64,000 nucleotides of DNA from an uncultured Planctomycetia bacterium (GTDB lineage: Bacteria; Omnitrophota; Gorgyraeia; Tantalellales; Tantalellaceae). The DNA is taken from assembly GCA_964572255.1 (NCBI GenBank), contig CAZNEE010000001.1:331587-395586 (forward strand), written 5' to 3'. The notes below the pieces were generated by a model. It was given only the letters and a program-made list of their open reading frames with translations. It did no database searches and was not told the DNA's origin. A program made the translations under genes and the position numbers. This document shows, piece by piece, positions 49,835 through 61,051 of this stretch. Each line of letters opens with the position of its first letter. The stretch's first letter is position 1.

Positions 49835-49871
49835 GACGGCTGCCGTTTATGCCAATAGTCACCCCTTTTTA

Positions 49872-50945
49872 CTATTTACTTCTATTTAGATCTTGCATGT
49901 TCTTATATCTTGCCTCGATGATCTTTTCAGCCGGTTTGTTCTGGGGAGTGAATTGCCTGTTGTGCTTTCCTCCGGCATAAATATTTGTGTTCCATCTCCA
50001 CCAGTAAACACCTGCCAGCCAGCTTGATCCCTCGAAGCTTTCAAAAAAGGCCTTATAGCATTTTGCCTGAGTTTCTATATCGGCATTACCGAAAGTACCG
50101 CCTTGCCACGGATTGCTTGCGGCGTGAGAAGTAGATGCATAACCGATCTCGGTGAAAATGATCGGCTTATTTATTTGTTTTTGCCACGCCTCAAGGTCAT
50201 ATTTCCATTTTTCCCAGCCGGTTTTTATGTCTTCCACGGTCGGGTTCGATTTATAGGTAAGAGGAAAATACGCGTCAATACCGACATAATCAAGATCTTT
50301 CCAGAATTTTATGTTCTTATAATTATCCCAGTTGGCGGCGTAAATAAGTTTTCCGCTATATACCTTTTTAACCTCGGGGATGATCATATCCTCCCAAATG
50401 CCGTTCTTTTGAGCGGCGAACGCGAGTTCTGTGCCGATGCAGAAGAGTTCCACATCAAGCTTTTCGGCTATTTTCGCGTAATGCCTTATGAATTTGCAGT
50501 ATTCCACGGCCCATTTTTGCCAATCCTCTTCATTTGTAAATCCTATATCCGCGCGCCAGTAAGTGCCGTCATGTTTATCAATAAGATCAATATGAGGTTT
50601 TAACATGACTTTCATGCCGAGCTTATGGGCGGTTTTAATGGCATGTCTTATGCTGAAATCGGCTGGCGTTTGATCCGTTCTCTTTATTTTTGTAGAATTA
50701 TGCTTTTCCTGATATTGAGTTACGCATATCGCCACATATTCCACACCGATCTCGGACAGTTTCTTAAGGGAAAGATCAGAATATTTCGAGGCAAAACAGT
50801 CCCTGTCCCAGCCGACATAACTCATCCCCTTTTGGAAAAGGGGAGCGGTTACATCCGCATAAAGGACTGCGTTTGATGTCAGGCTTACGATAATTAATGT
50901 CAAAGATAATATTTTGAACCAGTGTTTTAATTGACGGCTTTTCAT
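49872..50945 (-). CDS. Secreted GH113-like (GTA TIM-barrel) glycoside hydrolase
   Basis: Signal peptide; MLKPH, CIGTEL (acid/base), YAANWD, GIDAYFPL, FTEIGY (nucleophile), NKPAE; SD AAGGAGGT. Confidence 0.88.
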   Translation of the reverse strand: MKSRQLKHWFKILSLTLIIVSLTSNAVLYADVTAPLFQKGMSYVGWDRDCFASKYSDLSLKKLSEIGVEYVAICVTQYQEKHNSTKIKRTDQTPADFSIRHAIKTAHKLGMKVMLKPHIDLIDKHDGTYWRADIGFTNEEDWQKWAVEYCKFIRHYAKIAEKLDVELFCIGTELAFAAQKNGIWEDMIIPEVKKVYSGKLIYAANWDNYKNIKFWKDLDYVGIDAYFPLTYKSNPTVEDIKTGWEKWKYDLEAWQKQINKPIIFTEIGYASTSHAASNPWQGGTFGNADIETQAKCYKAFFESFEGSSWLAGVYWWRWNTNIYAGGKHNRQFTPQNKPAEKIIEARYKNMQDLNRSK

Positions 50946-50960
50946 CCCCAACCTCCTTTG

Positions 50961-51010
50961 AAAAATAAAAAACCCTATTCGCGAAAGGGAAACTTCTGAC
51001 GAATAGGGTT
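50961..51010 (-). terminator. Intrinsic terminator forming the riboswitch expression platform
   Basis: Minus strand: AACCCTATTCG...CGAATAGGGTT followed by TTTTATTTTT, just before the GH113 SD. Confidence 0.8.
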
Positions 51011-51045
51011 AAAAAATAAAAAGTTGGAAATGTCAGACCGTCTTT

Positions 51046-51144
51046 AATCACTTCGGCAGCCCGGCAGCCATATCCCGCTAGGGGAGTTAGGCTCGAGACT
51101 TTGCAGCCCTATCCTTTCAGATAGTTTGCCCTTATCGATGATCA
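51046..51144 (-). ncRNA. Cyclic di-GMP-I (GEMM-I) riboswitch
   Basis: Minus strand: AAGGGCAAACTATCTGAAAGGATAGGGCTGCAAAGTCTCGAGCCTAA...TATGGCTGCCGGGCTGCCGAA; GAAA loop with CCTAA/TATGG receptor; G at the position-20 equivalent. Confidence 0.9.
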
Positions 51145-51506
51145 CTTCTGGTATCTATCAGAGAACTTCGGTTTTCAATGTTGCCCGTCTTTTGCTGTTC
51201 TACTTTAAAGGATAATGATAAAAAACTAAAAAGCAAGATTTCAGAACTACCTTTTTTGATGTTTTACATAAAGTAGTTAAGAACTATTTTCTAACATGCT
51301 GTAAGATATATAAAAAGTAAGCTTTCAAGCAATTTATGAGCATTTTAGAGTATTTTGATTTATTGTGGACAAGATAAATTTCCGAAATAGTCAGCTCATT
51401 TTTTGGGGTGCTGCGGAAAAAAGTCAATCCGTTAGGAAATTATTTATCCAATTTTTCCATATTTTCACATTCTACAGAGCTTCACATGAAAGGTTTTGTC
51501 CGATAT

Positions 51507-51585
51507 AAACAGAGCAATATGTTCCCTACCAGGGCCCCTCCGCCCGGTGTGGATCCTCCCTGTACGGGAACATATTGCTCTGTTT
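51507..51585 (-). repeat. Conserved-core hairpin element, copy B (inverted)
   Basis: Perfect 20-bp stem; core at 51532-51560; central 57 nt identical to copy A, outer stem with compensatory changes. Confidence 0.9.
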
Positions 51586-51707
51586 TCAATAGAACAAAAC
51601 TTTTATGGGATCCTTCCTATTAATAGGGATATAGTAAAATATCAAATAATAGTATTGTTTTGTGGGCTAAAATTTTATATAATCATCAAAATATATTAGG
51701 AGATGAT

Positions 51708-52184
51708 ATGAGCCAAAAAGTGCAATTAACAAGAGATGGTTATAATAAGCTTCACAAAGAGCTCGAGGAGCTTAAAGGGAAAAAACGGAGAGAGATATCT
51801 AAAGATATTGCCGAAGCTCGGGCGCATGGCGACCTTAGCGAAAATGCCGAATATGCCGCTGCGAGGGAAGCTCAGGCATTTAATGAAAAACGGATAGCGG
51901 AATTGGAGGACATTTTAAGCCGCGCGCAGATCATAGACGAGAATATGATCTCATCGGATGAGGCTTTGATAGGGGCAACGGTCAAGCTTGAAGATCAATC
52001 AACCGGCGAGGCGCTGACCTATATACTTGTTTCTGAAGAGGAATCGGATTTTGATTCCAATAAGATATCGATTTCATCTCTTGTGGGCAAAGCCATTCTT
52101 GGGCATAAGGTCGGGGACCAGATCGAGATAAATGTTCCCGCAGGCGTGCTTAAATATCGGGTAATAGAGATAACGCGGGAATAA
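51708..52184 (+). CDS. greA: Transcription elongation factor GreA
   Basis: ARAHGDLSENAEY, IS..S.VGKAILG, VPAG; SD AGGAG. Confidence 0.97.
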   Translation: MSQKVQLTRDGYNKLHKELEELKGKKRREISKDIAEARAHGDLSENAEYAAAREAQAFNEKRIAELEDILSRAQIIDENMISSDEALIGATVKLEDQSTGEALTYILVSEEESDFDSNKISISSLVGKAILGHKVGDQIEINVPAGVLKYRVIEITRE

Positions 52185-52204
52185 GACCAAGCGGAGTAAA
52201 AAAT

Positions 52205-52765
52205 ATGCGTAAAAAAGTTGATTTGGCTCTGGCGACAAGAATTGTTAATCATGGACCTGTTGTTCTTGTGAGTTCTTTGTATGATGAACGAATAGATGTT
52301 ACGCCGGTTGCCTGGAATATGCCTGTATCTAAAAAGCCGCCGATGATCGTACTTGAGATAGGCCGGAAGCATTTTATTTATGAGTGCATATTAAAAACCA
52401 AGGATTTCGTGGTAAATATTCCGCCGGCGTCAATGGCCGAAAGAATAGTAAAGTGCGGATCTGTATCCGGAAGAGACGTGAATAAACTGGATCTGTATGA
52501 TATTGCTGTAGAAGAATCCAAAGAGATAAAATCGCCTTCCATTAAAGATGCGATAGCGGTTTTGGAATGCACTTTATTGGAGGATAAATATTTGCTTGAA
52601 GAGTATAATATGGTAGTGGGGGAAGTAAAACACGCCGAAGCTGAGGAAGGTTCATTTGATGAACACTGGCTGTTCAGTGATACTGTTAAGACGATCCATC
52701 ATCTCGGCGATAAAACTTTTTGTGTTCCCGAAAATAAGGTTATAGACTTAAGGCAGGGGAGTTAA
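52205..52765 (+). CDS. Flavin reductase-like (flavoredoxin) protein
   Basis: PVVLVSS, FVVNIP, CGSVSGRDVNK, LEC, HHLG. Confidence 0.88.
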   Translation: MRKKVDLALATRIVNHGPVVLVSSLYDERIDVTPVAWNMPVSKKPPMIVLEIGRKHFIYECILKTKDFVVNIPPASMAERIVKCGSVSGRDVNKLDLYDIAVEESKEIKSPSIKDAIAVLECTLLEDKYLLEEYNMVVGEVKHAEAEEGSFDEHWLFSDTVKTIHHLGDKTFCVPENKVIDLRQGS

Positions 52766-52769
52766 ATTT

Positions 52770-53822
52770 ATGGGTTTTAAAGGCAGAAGATTTAGGAAAA
52801 TAGTTCTTTTAGCGATCATTTTGGCGGTAGTATATTCATTTTTACCTCTCTTGCCGTTTTGGTTCATGGAAGGAGCGGACCCGAATGACAACAATGAGGC
52901 GAATGTGAGTAAGCTTTCGGGCAATAAGGGAAGTTATTTTTCTTTTATTGTCATGGGAGACAGCCACAATGGACTTATCTTTAATGATGCTGCTACGCTA
53001 AAAGAGATATGGCACATAAACAGGGAAGACAGGTTCCGAAAGGTCCCTATAGATTTCGTGATCGGCGTGGGGGATGTAGCTTTGCATTTTAAAGAATCTC
53101 ATTTTCGCGCTTTTAAAAAGATGCAAAAACTCATAAAATGGCCTGTTATAACCGCTATAGGCAATCACGATGACCGGGAACTCTTTGAAAAGTATTGCGG
53201 GATGAAGGAATTCGGGTTCAGTAACCGCAACTCATATTTTATCGTTCTTGATAATGAAGGCGGTGAACTTACCGAAGTTCAGTTTACATGGTTTGAGGAT
53301 CAGCTTACGAGAGGACAGGAGTACGATCATATCTTCGTGTTCATGCATAAACCTCCTTTCGATCCGTATCAGCAGGAATGGTATAACATGGATAACAGCC
53401 CCTGGGCATACAGATTCCGTAAACTTTGCGCGAAATATAATGTGGATATGGTCTTTTCGGGACACAAACATATGTTCAAACATGAGGTTTTTGACGATGT
53501 GGATTATATAGTTACGGGCGGCGGGGGTATGCTTATAGAGATCCCTGAAGCTGACGGAGGATATCTTCACTATGTCAGGGTCATGGTGAATCATGATTAT
53601 GTGACATATGAGGTGAGGAAAGTATCGCCTCCTTTATGGGAATATGTCACGTATTACTTCTGGAAAGAATTGATGTATTGGGTAAGAAATTGGTATGGCT
53701 CGGGTTATATCTTTACCAGAAACACAAAGATAGAGCCTTTGAAGGTATCGGGCCTGAATGACGAGGAATATTGGTTCAAGGGCCTGCTCGAAAAGGGGAC
53801 GCCCCATTCGGGGACACCCTAG
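52770..53822 (+). CDS. Membrane-anchored calcineurin-like metallophosphoesterase
   Basis: GDSH, GD, GNHD, FMHKP, SGHKH, VTGGGG; last codons are REP-derived. Confidence 0.9.
   Translation: MGFKGRRFRKIVLLAIILAVVYSFLPLLPFWFMEGADPNDNNEANVSKLSGNKGSYFSFIVMGDSHNGLIFNDAATLKEIWHINREDRFRKVPIDFVIGVGDVALHFKESHFRAFKKMQKLIKWPVITAIGNHDDRELFEKYCGMKEFGFSNRNSYFIVLDNEGGELTEVQFTWFEDQLTRGQEYDHIFVFMHKPPFDPYQQEWYNMDNSPWAYRFRKLCAKYNVDMVFSGHKHMFKHEVFDDVDYIVTGGGGMLIEIPEADGGYLHYVRVMVNHDYVTYEVRKVSPPLWEYVTYYFWKELMYWVRNWYGSGYIFTRNTKIEPLKVSGLNDEEYWFKGLLEKGTPHSGTP
53795..53819 (+). repeat. REP-like repeat copy 3 (GGGGACGCCCCATTCGGGGACACCC)
   Basis: 24/25 identical to copy 1; lies in the 3' end of the phosphoesterase ORF. 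Confidence 0.85.
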
Positions 53823-53832
53823 AGTTTAATAA

Positions 53833-55161
<1,329 letters not shown>

Positions 55162-55186
55162 GACTTGGCGCGGGAGCGGAATAGAC

Positions 55187-56119
55187 ATGAAAATATACGA
55201 CAATATAACACAGACTATCGGGAATACGCCTCTTGTCAGATTGAATAAAATAGATAAGGATCTGCCGGGAAATATTTTCGGAAAGATGGAATCATTTAAC
55301 CCTCTTTCCAGCGTTAAGGACCGTATAGGCATGGCTATGATCGAAGCTGCTGAGAGAGAAGGCAAGCTTAATAAGGACTCGGTTGTCATAGAGCCTACCA
55401 GCGGAAATACCGGAGTGGCTCTTGCTTTTATATGCGCGGCAAAAGGATACAGGCTGATACTTACAATGCCTGACACAATGAGCGTGGAAAGAAGAGCTCT
55501 CTTAAAGATCTTTGGAGCCGAAGTTGTTTTAACGCCCGGGGAAAAAGGGATGAAAGGCGCGGTTGAAAAGGCTGAGGAGCTTGCGAGGGAAACACCTGAT
55601 GCGTTCATGCCTCAACAATTTGAAAACCCGGCTAACCCTGAGGTGCACAGAAAAACTACAGCTGAAGAAATATGGAATGATATTGACGGTAATGTTGACA
55701 TATTCGTTGCCGGCATAGGCACAGGCGGGACTATCACGGGAACGGGTGAGGTGCTTAAACAAAGGAAATCCGGCGTAAAACTTATCGGGGTTGAACCGGA
55801 AGCATCAGCTGTTCTCTCAGGAGGAGAACCGGGACCTCATAAGATACAGGGCATAGGCGCAGGGTTTGTTCCTAAAGTCTTGAAAAAAGAATTGATCGAT
55901 GAGATAATAACCGTTTCCGATGATGAAGCAGGAGAATATTCGCGTCGGCTTGCCAGAGAAGAAGGTGTTCTTGCGGGCATATCTGCCGGGGCAAATGTTG
56001 CCGCGAGCGTTAAGGCGGCTTCAAGAGAAGAAAATAAAGGCAAGAATATTGTTACCGTGATATGTGACACAGGCGAAAGATATCTGAGCACATGGCTGTT
56101 CAGCGAATATCTTTCTTAA
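55187..56119 (+). CDS. cysK: Cysteine synthase A
   Basis: [42 protein letters not shown]. Confidence 0.97.
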   Translation: MKIYDNITQTIGNTPLVRLNKIDKDLPGNIFGKMESFNPLSSVKDRIGMAMIEAAEREGKLNKDSVVIEPTSGNTGVALAFICAAKGYRLILTMPDTMSVERRALLKIFGAEVVLTPGEKGMKGAVEKAEELARETPDAFMPQQFENPANPEVHRKTTAEEIWNDIDGNVDIFVAGIGTGGTITGTGEVLKQRKSGVKLIGVEPEASAVLSGGEPGPHKIQGIGAGFVPKVLKKELIDEIITVSDDEAGEYSRRLAREEGVLAGISAGANVAASVKAASREENKGKNIVTVICDTGERYLSTWLFSEYLS

Positions 56120-56132
56120 AAAGGGTTTAAAA

Positions 56133-57269
56133 ATGTCAGAAAAAAAAGAATTTGTAGAGACAAAATACTATATCATGCCAAAAGGGGAGAAGTTTATCCT
56201 TGAAAGCGGGGCTAAGCTTTCCGAACTTAAGATCGCTTACGAGACTTACGGAAAGTTGAATCGCGATAAGACCAATGCCGTTCTTATATGCCATGCGCTT
56301 TCCGGGGATGCCCATGCGGCCGGCTATCATTCCGGGGATAAAAAACCGGGCTGGTGGGACGATATGATCGGACCGGGTAAAGCCTTTGATACCGATAAGT
56401 ATTTTGTCATATGTTCGAACATTCTCGGCGGATGTAAGGGAACAAGCGGCCCGAATTCCATTAATCCGGCTACGGGAAAACATTACGGCCTGAGTTTTCC
56501 GATCGTATCGATCAAGGACATGGTCGATGCCCAGAAAAAGCTGATCGATCATTTAAAGATAGACAATCTTCTCTCGGTTTGCGGAGGGTCGATGGGGGGC
56601 ATGCAGGCTCTTCAATGGGCGATATCTTATCCTGATAATGTTGTCTCCTGTATACCGATCGCTTCTTCGTACAAGCATTCCGCTCAGCAGATCGCTTTCG
56701 ATGAAGTCGGGCGCCAGGCGATCATGGCTGATCCTGCGTGGAACGGGGGGGATTATTATGATAAGGATCATCCCTCGGCAGGGCTTGCTGTAGCGAGGAT
56801 GATAGGGCATATCACATACATGAGCGATAAGTCCATGGAACATAAATTCGGCAGGATCCTTAAGAAAAAAGAACTGGGGTACGAGTTTACTTCTGAATTT
56901 GAAGTTGAAGGATATCTCCGTTATCGCGGGGATAGCTTTGTAAAAAGATTCGATGCCAATTCATATCTTTACATAACAAAAGCGATGGATTATTTCGATC
57001 TGCAGCAGGATAAAAAATTGTATAATGCGTTCAAAGGGATAAAGAGCACGCGCTTTCTTGTTATTGCTTTCAGTTCAGACTGGCTTTATCCTTCGGCGCA
57101 GTCCAAGGAAATAGTCAAGGCCCTTAAGATGAACGGTATCGATGTAACATATTGCGAGGTAAGTTCAGATTACGGGCATGATGCATTCCTTCTGGAATTT
57201 GCTGAGGAATCAAAACTGATAAGGCACTTTCTGGATAAGACTTTCAAGAAGGCGGATAAAAAAACATGA
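56133..57269 (+). CDS. metX: Homoserine O-acyltransferase
   Basis: [34 protein letters not shown]. Confidence 0.95.
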   Translation: MSEKKEFVETKYYIMPKGEKFILESGAKLSELKIAYETYGKLNRDKTNAVLICHALSGDAHAAGYHSGDKKPGWWDDMIGPGKAFDTDKYFVICSNILGGCKGTSGPNSINPATGKHYGLSFPIVSIKDMVDAQKKLIDHLKIDNLLSVCGGSMGGMQALQWAISYPDNVVSCIPIASSYKHSAQQIAFDEVGRQAIMADPAWNGGDYYDKDHPSAGLAVARMIGHITYMSDKSMEHKFGRILKKKELGYEFTSEFEVEGYLRYRGDSFVKRFDANSYLYITKAMDYFDLQQDKKLYNAFKGIKSTRFLVIAFSSDWLYPSAQSKEIVKALKMNGIDVTYCEVSSDYGHDAFLLEFAEESKLIRHFLDKTFKKADKKT

Positions 57270-57868
57270 CAGGCAAGAAAAAAGAGGAATTAAGACTTGA
57301 TCACAAAGTGATCGGCGATCTTGTAGAGGCCGGCTCCATGGTCCTTGATCTGGGCTGCGGTGACGGGGATCTATTGCAGTACCTCGTTGAGAACAAAGAG
57401 GTAAGAGGCAGCGGCGTAGAAATAAACGAGGAAGCCATCTACATGTGCGTTGAGAAGGGCTTAAGCGTATCGCACGGCGATATCGATTCCGGGCTTAAAG
57501 AATATCCTGATAAGTTGTTTGACTATGTTATTTTCAACCAGACCATGCAGCAGGTGTATAAGCCTAAAGAGGCGATAGCTGAAGCTCTGCGTGTCGGCAG
57601 AAAAGTGATAATAGGTTTTCCTAATTTTTGCCATATAAAGGCAAGGCTGCAGATATTCTTCACGGGGCATGTTCCCATAACGCCGTCTTTGCCTTACACG
57701 TGGTATGATACTCCAAACCTTCATTTTTTAAGCATAAAGGATTTTAAGGAATTCTGCGCGGAACAGGCGATAAATATCGAAAAGAAAGTTTTTCTGTCTG
57801 AAGAAAGGATCGTAAGGTTCTTCCCTAACATTTTCGCTTTGAACGCGATATATCAAATTTCAAAATAG
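57266..57868 (+). CDS. metW: Methionine biosynthesis protein MetW
   Basis: [25 protein letters not shown]; follows metX. Confidence 0.95.
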   Translation: MTGKKKEELRLDHKVIGDLVEAGSMVLDLGCGDGDLLQYLVENKEVRGSGVEINEEAIYMCVEKGLSVSHGDIDSGLKEYPDKLFDYVIFNQTMQQVYKPKEAIAEALRVGRKVIIGFPNFCHIKARLQIFFTGHVPITPSLPYTWYDTPNLHFLSIKDFKEFCAEQAINIEKKVFLSEERIVRFFPNIFALNAIYQISK

Positions 57869-57874
57869 CAAGAG

Positions 57875-60800
57875 ATGCAATCCTTCCAAGAGCATTACGA
57901 CAGGCTGAACAAAGAACAAAAACAGGCTGTTGATAGAATCGACGGGCCTGTGCTTATCCTTGCCGGACCCGGAACGGGGAAAACGCAGTTATTGTCGGTA
58001 CGCGCGGCGAATATTATCCAAAAGAAAAAAGCCGAAGCTGAAAATATCCTGATACTCACTTTCACCAATGCCGCTGCCCGAGAAATGCGGGAGCGCCTCA
58101 CACGGATAATAGGACACGATGGTTACAATGTAGAAGTAGAGACTTTCCACAGCTTTGCCAACTCGATCGTTCTTGAATCAGAAGGGGCTACCAAGTTCGT
58201 GAAAGACAAAGTAGAGATAAGCGAAGTCGAGAAGGTCAAGGCGTTGGAACATATCCTTGACAATGTAAAGGGAGTAGAGCCTTTAAGGCCTTTTGGGTCG
58301 CCATATATTCACAGAAGAGAAATAGAAAAAAGAATAAGCGAGCTCAAAAACGAGGGCATTTTGCCGGAAGATTTTAAAAACAGCTTAAAGGGGCTTAAAC
58401 CAGACGGGATAAATGTCGAGGAGAAGCACATATCGCGCCTGAAAGCGCTCAGTCTTATATATGAGAGTTATGAAAAATTAAAAGATGAAAATTGCAAGGT
58501 TCTTTTTGATGAAAGAGGGCGCATAGATTATGATGACATGATACTTATAGCCCTGGATGCACTAAAGAAGGATAAAGAATTAAGAAATAGTCTCAGCGAG
58601 CAGTACAAGTATATAATGGTGGATGAATATCAGGATACTAATGGCGCACAACTTGAACTTATGTTCGCTATACTTGATAAAGATAGATGTAACGTGTGTT
58701 GTGTAGGCGACGATGATCAGGCCATATACAGGTTCCAGGGGGCTACGCTTTCTAATTTTCGTGTTCTGAAAAAAAGATTACCTTCCCTTGAGACGATAGC
58801 CCTTAAGAATAATTACCGTTCAACGGATGAGATAATAAACCTTTCGGATGAAATAATCACACAGCTTCCAGAAAATGAACGCATTGCTGTTAAAAAACTT
58901 ACTTCCTGCAGGGGCTATGGAGACAAGGACATACGTTTTTTGGACTTTTTGACGGAAGAAGAAGAACTTGCTTTTATTGTAGATGAGGTAAAAAAACATG
59001 CTAAAAAAATAGGAAAAGACAAGACCCTTACAGCCGAAGAGAGAGAAAAACCCTACAATAATATTGCCGTTCTGGTACGGAAGCGAGACCAGATATTGAA
59101 AGTGATAGATGCCTTTCTGAAAGCCGGCATACCGTATGCTACGGACGGAGAGGAAGATATACGCGGGGAAAAACGCGTAAGGCAGATGCTTGATGTGCTT
59201 GAGCTGGCAAATATAAGCACTGAAAATAATGAGAGGAAGTCTCTTGCGCTTTACAAGATTCTCACTTCCGATTACATAAATGCCTCGCATTCAGATGTCT
59301 TAAAACTAATAGCACATGTAAACAAGAAAAAACTTCTTGCCAAGAAAAGCAGCTTAGAGGAATATAGGTCTATAAACTTTTTCCAAGAGTTCCAGGAAAG
59401 CTTTGCCTATTTTACGAAAGATGAGAACGGTCAGCCTGTTTTACCATCTGCAGAAGAGTCAAAAAAACTAGAGGTTACAAAAGAGCTTGATCTTGAAAAA
59501 CCCCATGTTTTACATAAGATAGCCTGGGCCGTGAATAGACTCCTAAGAGACGCAAGAAATAGGCCCGTTCATGACATGCTCATGAGGTATATCGATGACA
59601 CACGTCTTTACAGATTTATCCTGGCCAGATACGAAAATGACAAAGTGCTTTGCATCAGAGACCTGCGGTCACTAGTTTCTTTTATTAATATGGTTAAGCA
59701 GTCAGACCTTTCGAATCCAGCGTTGGGGCTTGATGACTTCATGGAGGAATTAGAACTCAGGGAAGTACACGGCATGCCTATCAAGGGCCGCCTAGCGACC
59801 TTGAGTCAAGACGGTGTGCGTATATACACCTCCCACAAGGCTAAGGGGCTTGAATTTTACACAGTTTTTATACCTTTCTGTCTTCATCAAAAAAGCTGGC
59901 CTCTCAGGAGAAAACCGGATGCTGTGCCGCTGCCACCTGATATATATAAAAGCAAAGAACGCGTTGAGGAAAAAGAGAAAATCAAACTATTAGATAAGTA
60001 TGATGAACTGCGTCTTTTTTATGTGGCTTCAACGCGAGCAAAGTCGCATCTAGTGTATACGGCAACTCCGGCAGAGAAGGTTATAGTAAGTCCTTTCCTT
60101 GGGCACATGTCGGTAGAACCTGAAGCAGGGTCACCGCAGGATGAAGAAAAGTTTCTTGTCGGATATCTTTCAAGAAACGCGGAGGATGAAGCCTTTGATA
60201 ATAGCCGAGAGATACTGAAAGATATTGTCAGTCATATCTCTCTTAACCCGACAAGCCTCAATAACTATATCAAGTGCAAAAGAAAATTCTTATACGATAA
60301 TGTTCTCATGCTTCCCGGCAGAAAGAATCAGCAGCTGACCTTCGGTAACTGCGCACATAAGGCTCTGGAAGATATTTATACAGAGTATATGGAGAGTAAA
60401 AAATTTCCAGCCTTTAGTGTTTTTAAGAAAAGTTTTATTAGAGAACTTGAATATCAGGGGGTCAATGACGCCATAAAGAGTTGGTGCGTGAGCAAGCTGG
60501 ACGGGCTTAAGGGCTGGTATGAGAAGGAAGCAAAGTCGCCTGTTATGCCGCTTGAGTTAGAAAATAAACTAGAGATAAGATTACCCGAAGGCCTCGTGTT
60601 CAGAGGGACCTTCGATAAAATAGAGCCTGATGGCGAAGGCGTTATAAGGGTTATTGACTATAAGACAGGCAAACCCGATGACCATGTTAAAGCCATAACG
60701 AATTGCAGAGATCTTTCAAAATATGAGTGTGATGATTATTACAGGCAGCTTGTTTCTTATAAACTTCTCTATGAGAGGGCCCTTTCTGACAAAAAAAGAG

Positions 60801-61048
60801 GTATAGTAACAAAAGGTGTGCTCCAATTTCTTGAGCCGGTATCCACCACAGTAAAGAAATACGACCTTGAAAAAGGTTCCTATAGAAGCGAGGCAATTGA
60901 GCTGACGGATGGGCAGATCGCGGAATTGGAAAAGGTCATAATGAAGTGTTGGCGTGATATACAACAGCTTAAATTTGATAAACTGCCGGAGAGGGATGGG
61001 AAAGAAAGATGCGCCAGATGCGAATATGATTCCATATGTTGGGGGTAG
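57875..61048 (+). CDS. UvrD/PcrA-type SF1 helicase fused to a RecB-family PD-(D/E)XK nuclease with Fe-S cysteines (AdnB/AddAB-like)
   Basis: AGPGTGKT, VDEYQD, GDDDQAIY, NYRS, KGLEF, YVASTRA; then C..FG..AH, GTFDKI, IDYKTG, Q..Y, CARCEYDSIC. Confidence 0.9.
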   Translation: MQSFQEHYDRLNKEQKQAVDRIDGPVLILAGPGTGKTQLLSVRAANIIQKKKAEAENILILTFTNAAAREMRERLTRIIGHDGYNVEVETFHSFANSIVLESEGATKFVKDKVEISEVEKVKALEHILDNVKGVEPLRPFGSPYIHRREIEKRISELKNEGILPEDFKNSLKGLKPDGINVEEKHISRLKALSLIYESYEKLKDENCKVLFDERGRIDYDDMILIALDALKKDKELRNSLSEQYKYIMVDEYQDTNGAQLELMFAILDKDRCNVCCVGDDDQAIYRFQGATLSNFRVLKKRLPSLETIALKNNYRSTDEIINLSDEIITQLPENERIAVKKLTSCRGYGDKDIRFLDFLTEEEELAFIVDEVKKHAKKIGKDKTLTAEEREKPYNNIAVLVRKRDQILKVIDAFLKAGIPYATDGEEDIRGEKRVRQMLDVLELANISTENNERKSLALYKILTSDYINASHSDVLKLIAHVNKKKLLAKKSSLEEYRSINFFQEFQESFAYFTKDENGQPVLPSAEESKKLEVTKELDLEKPHVLHKIAWAVNRLLRDARNRPVHDMLMRYIDDTRLYRFILARYENDKVLCIRDLRSLVSFINMVKQSDLSNPALGLDDFMEELELREVHGMPIKGRLATLSQDGVRIYTSHKAKGLEFYTVFIPFCLHQKSWPLRRKPDAVPLPPDIYKSKERVEEKEKIKLLDKYDELRLFYVASTRAKSHLVYTATPAEKVIVSPFLGHMSVEPEAGSPQDEEKFLVGYLSRNAEDEAFDNSREILKDIVSHISLNPTSLNNYIKCKRKFLYDNVLMLPGRKNQQLTFGNCAHKALEDIYTEYMESKKFPAFSVFKKSFIRELEYQGVNDAIKSWCVSKLDGLKGWYEKEAKSPVMPLELENKLEIRLPEGLVFRGTFDKIEPDGEGVIRVIDYKTGKPDDHVKAITNCRDLSKYECDDYYRQLVSYKLLYERALSDKKRGIVTKGVLQFLEPVSTTVKKYDLEKGSYRSEAIELTDGQIAELEKVIMKCWRDIQQLKFDKLPERDGKERCARCEYDSICWG

Positions 61049-61051
61049 AAT

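Noticed and set aside
51408-51699. ORFs 51408-51623, 51496-51699, 45026-45208, 45058-45264 and the extension 62081-62140, which share peptide similarity
   Set aside because: The shared peptides are just translations of the hairpin repeat in different frames; no SD or consistent frame
55187-57269. MetX acting as a serine O-acyltransferase because cysK is adjacent
   Set aside because: The active-site loop reads HALSG (homoserine type), and the metW/metY context supports a methionine role
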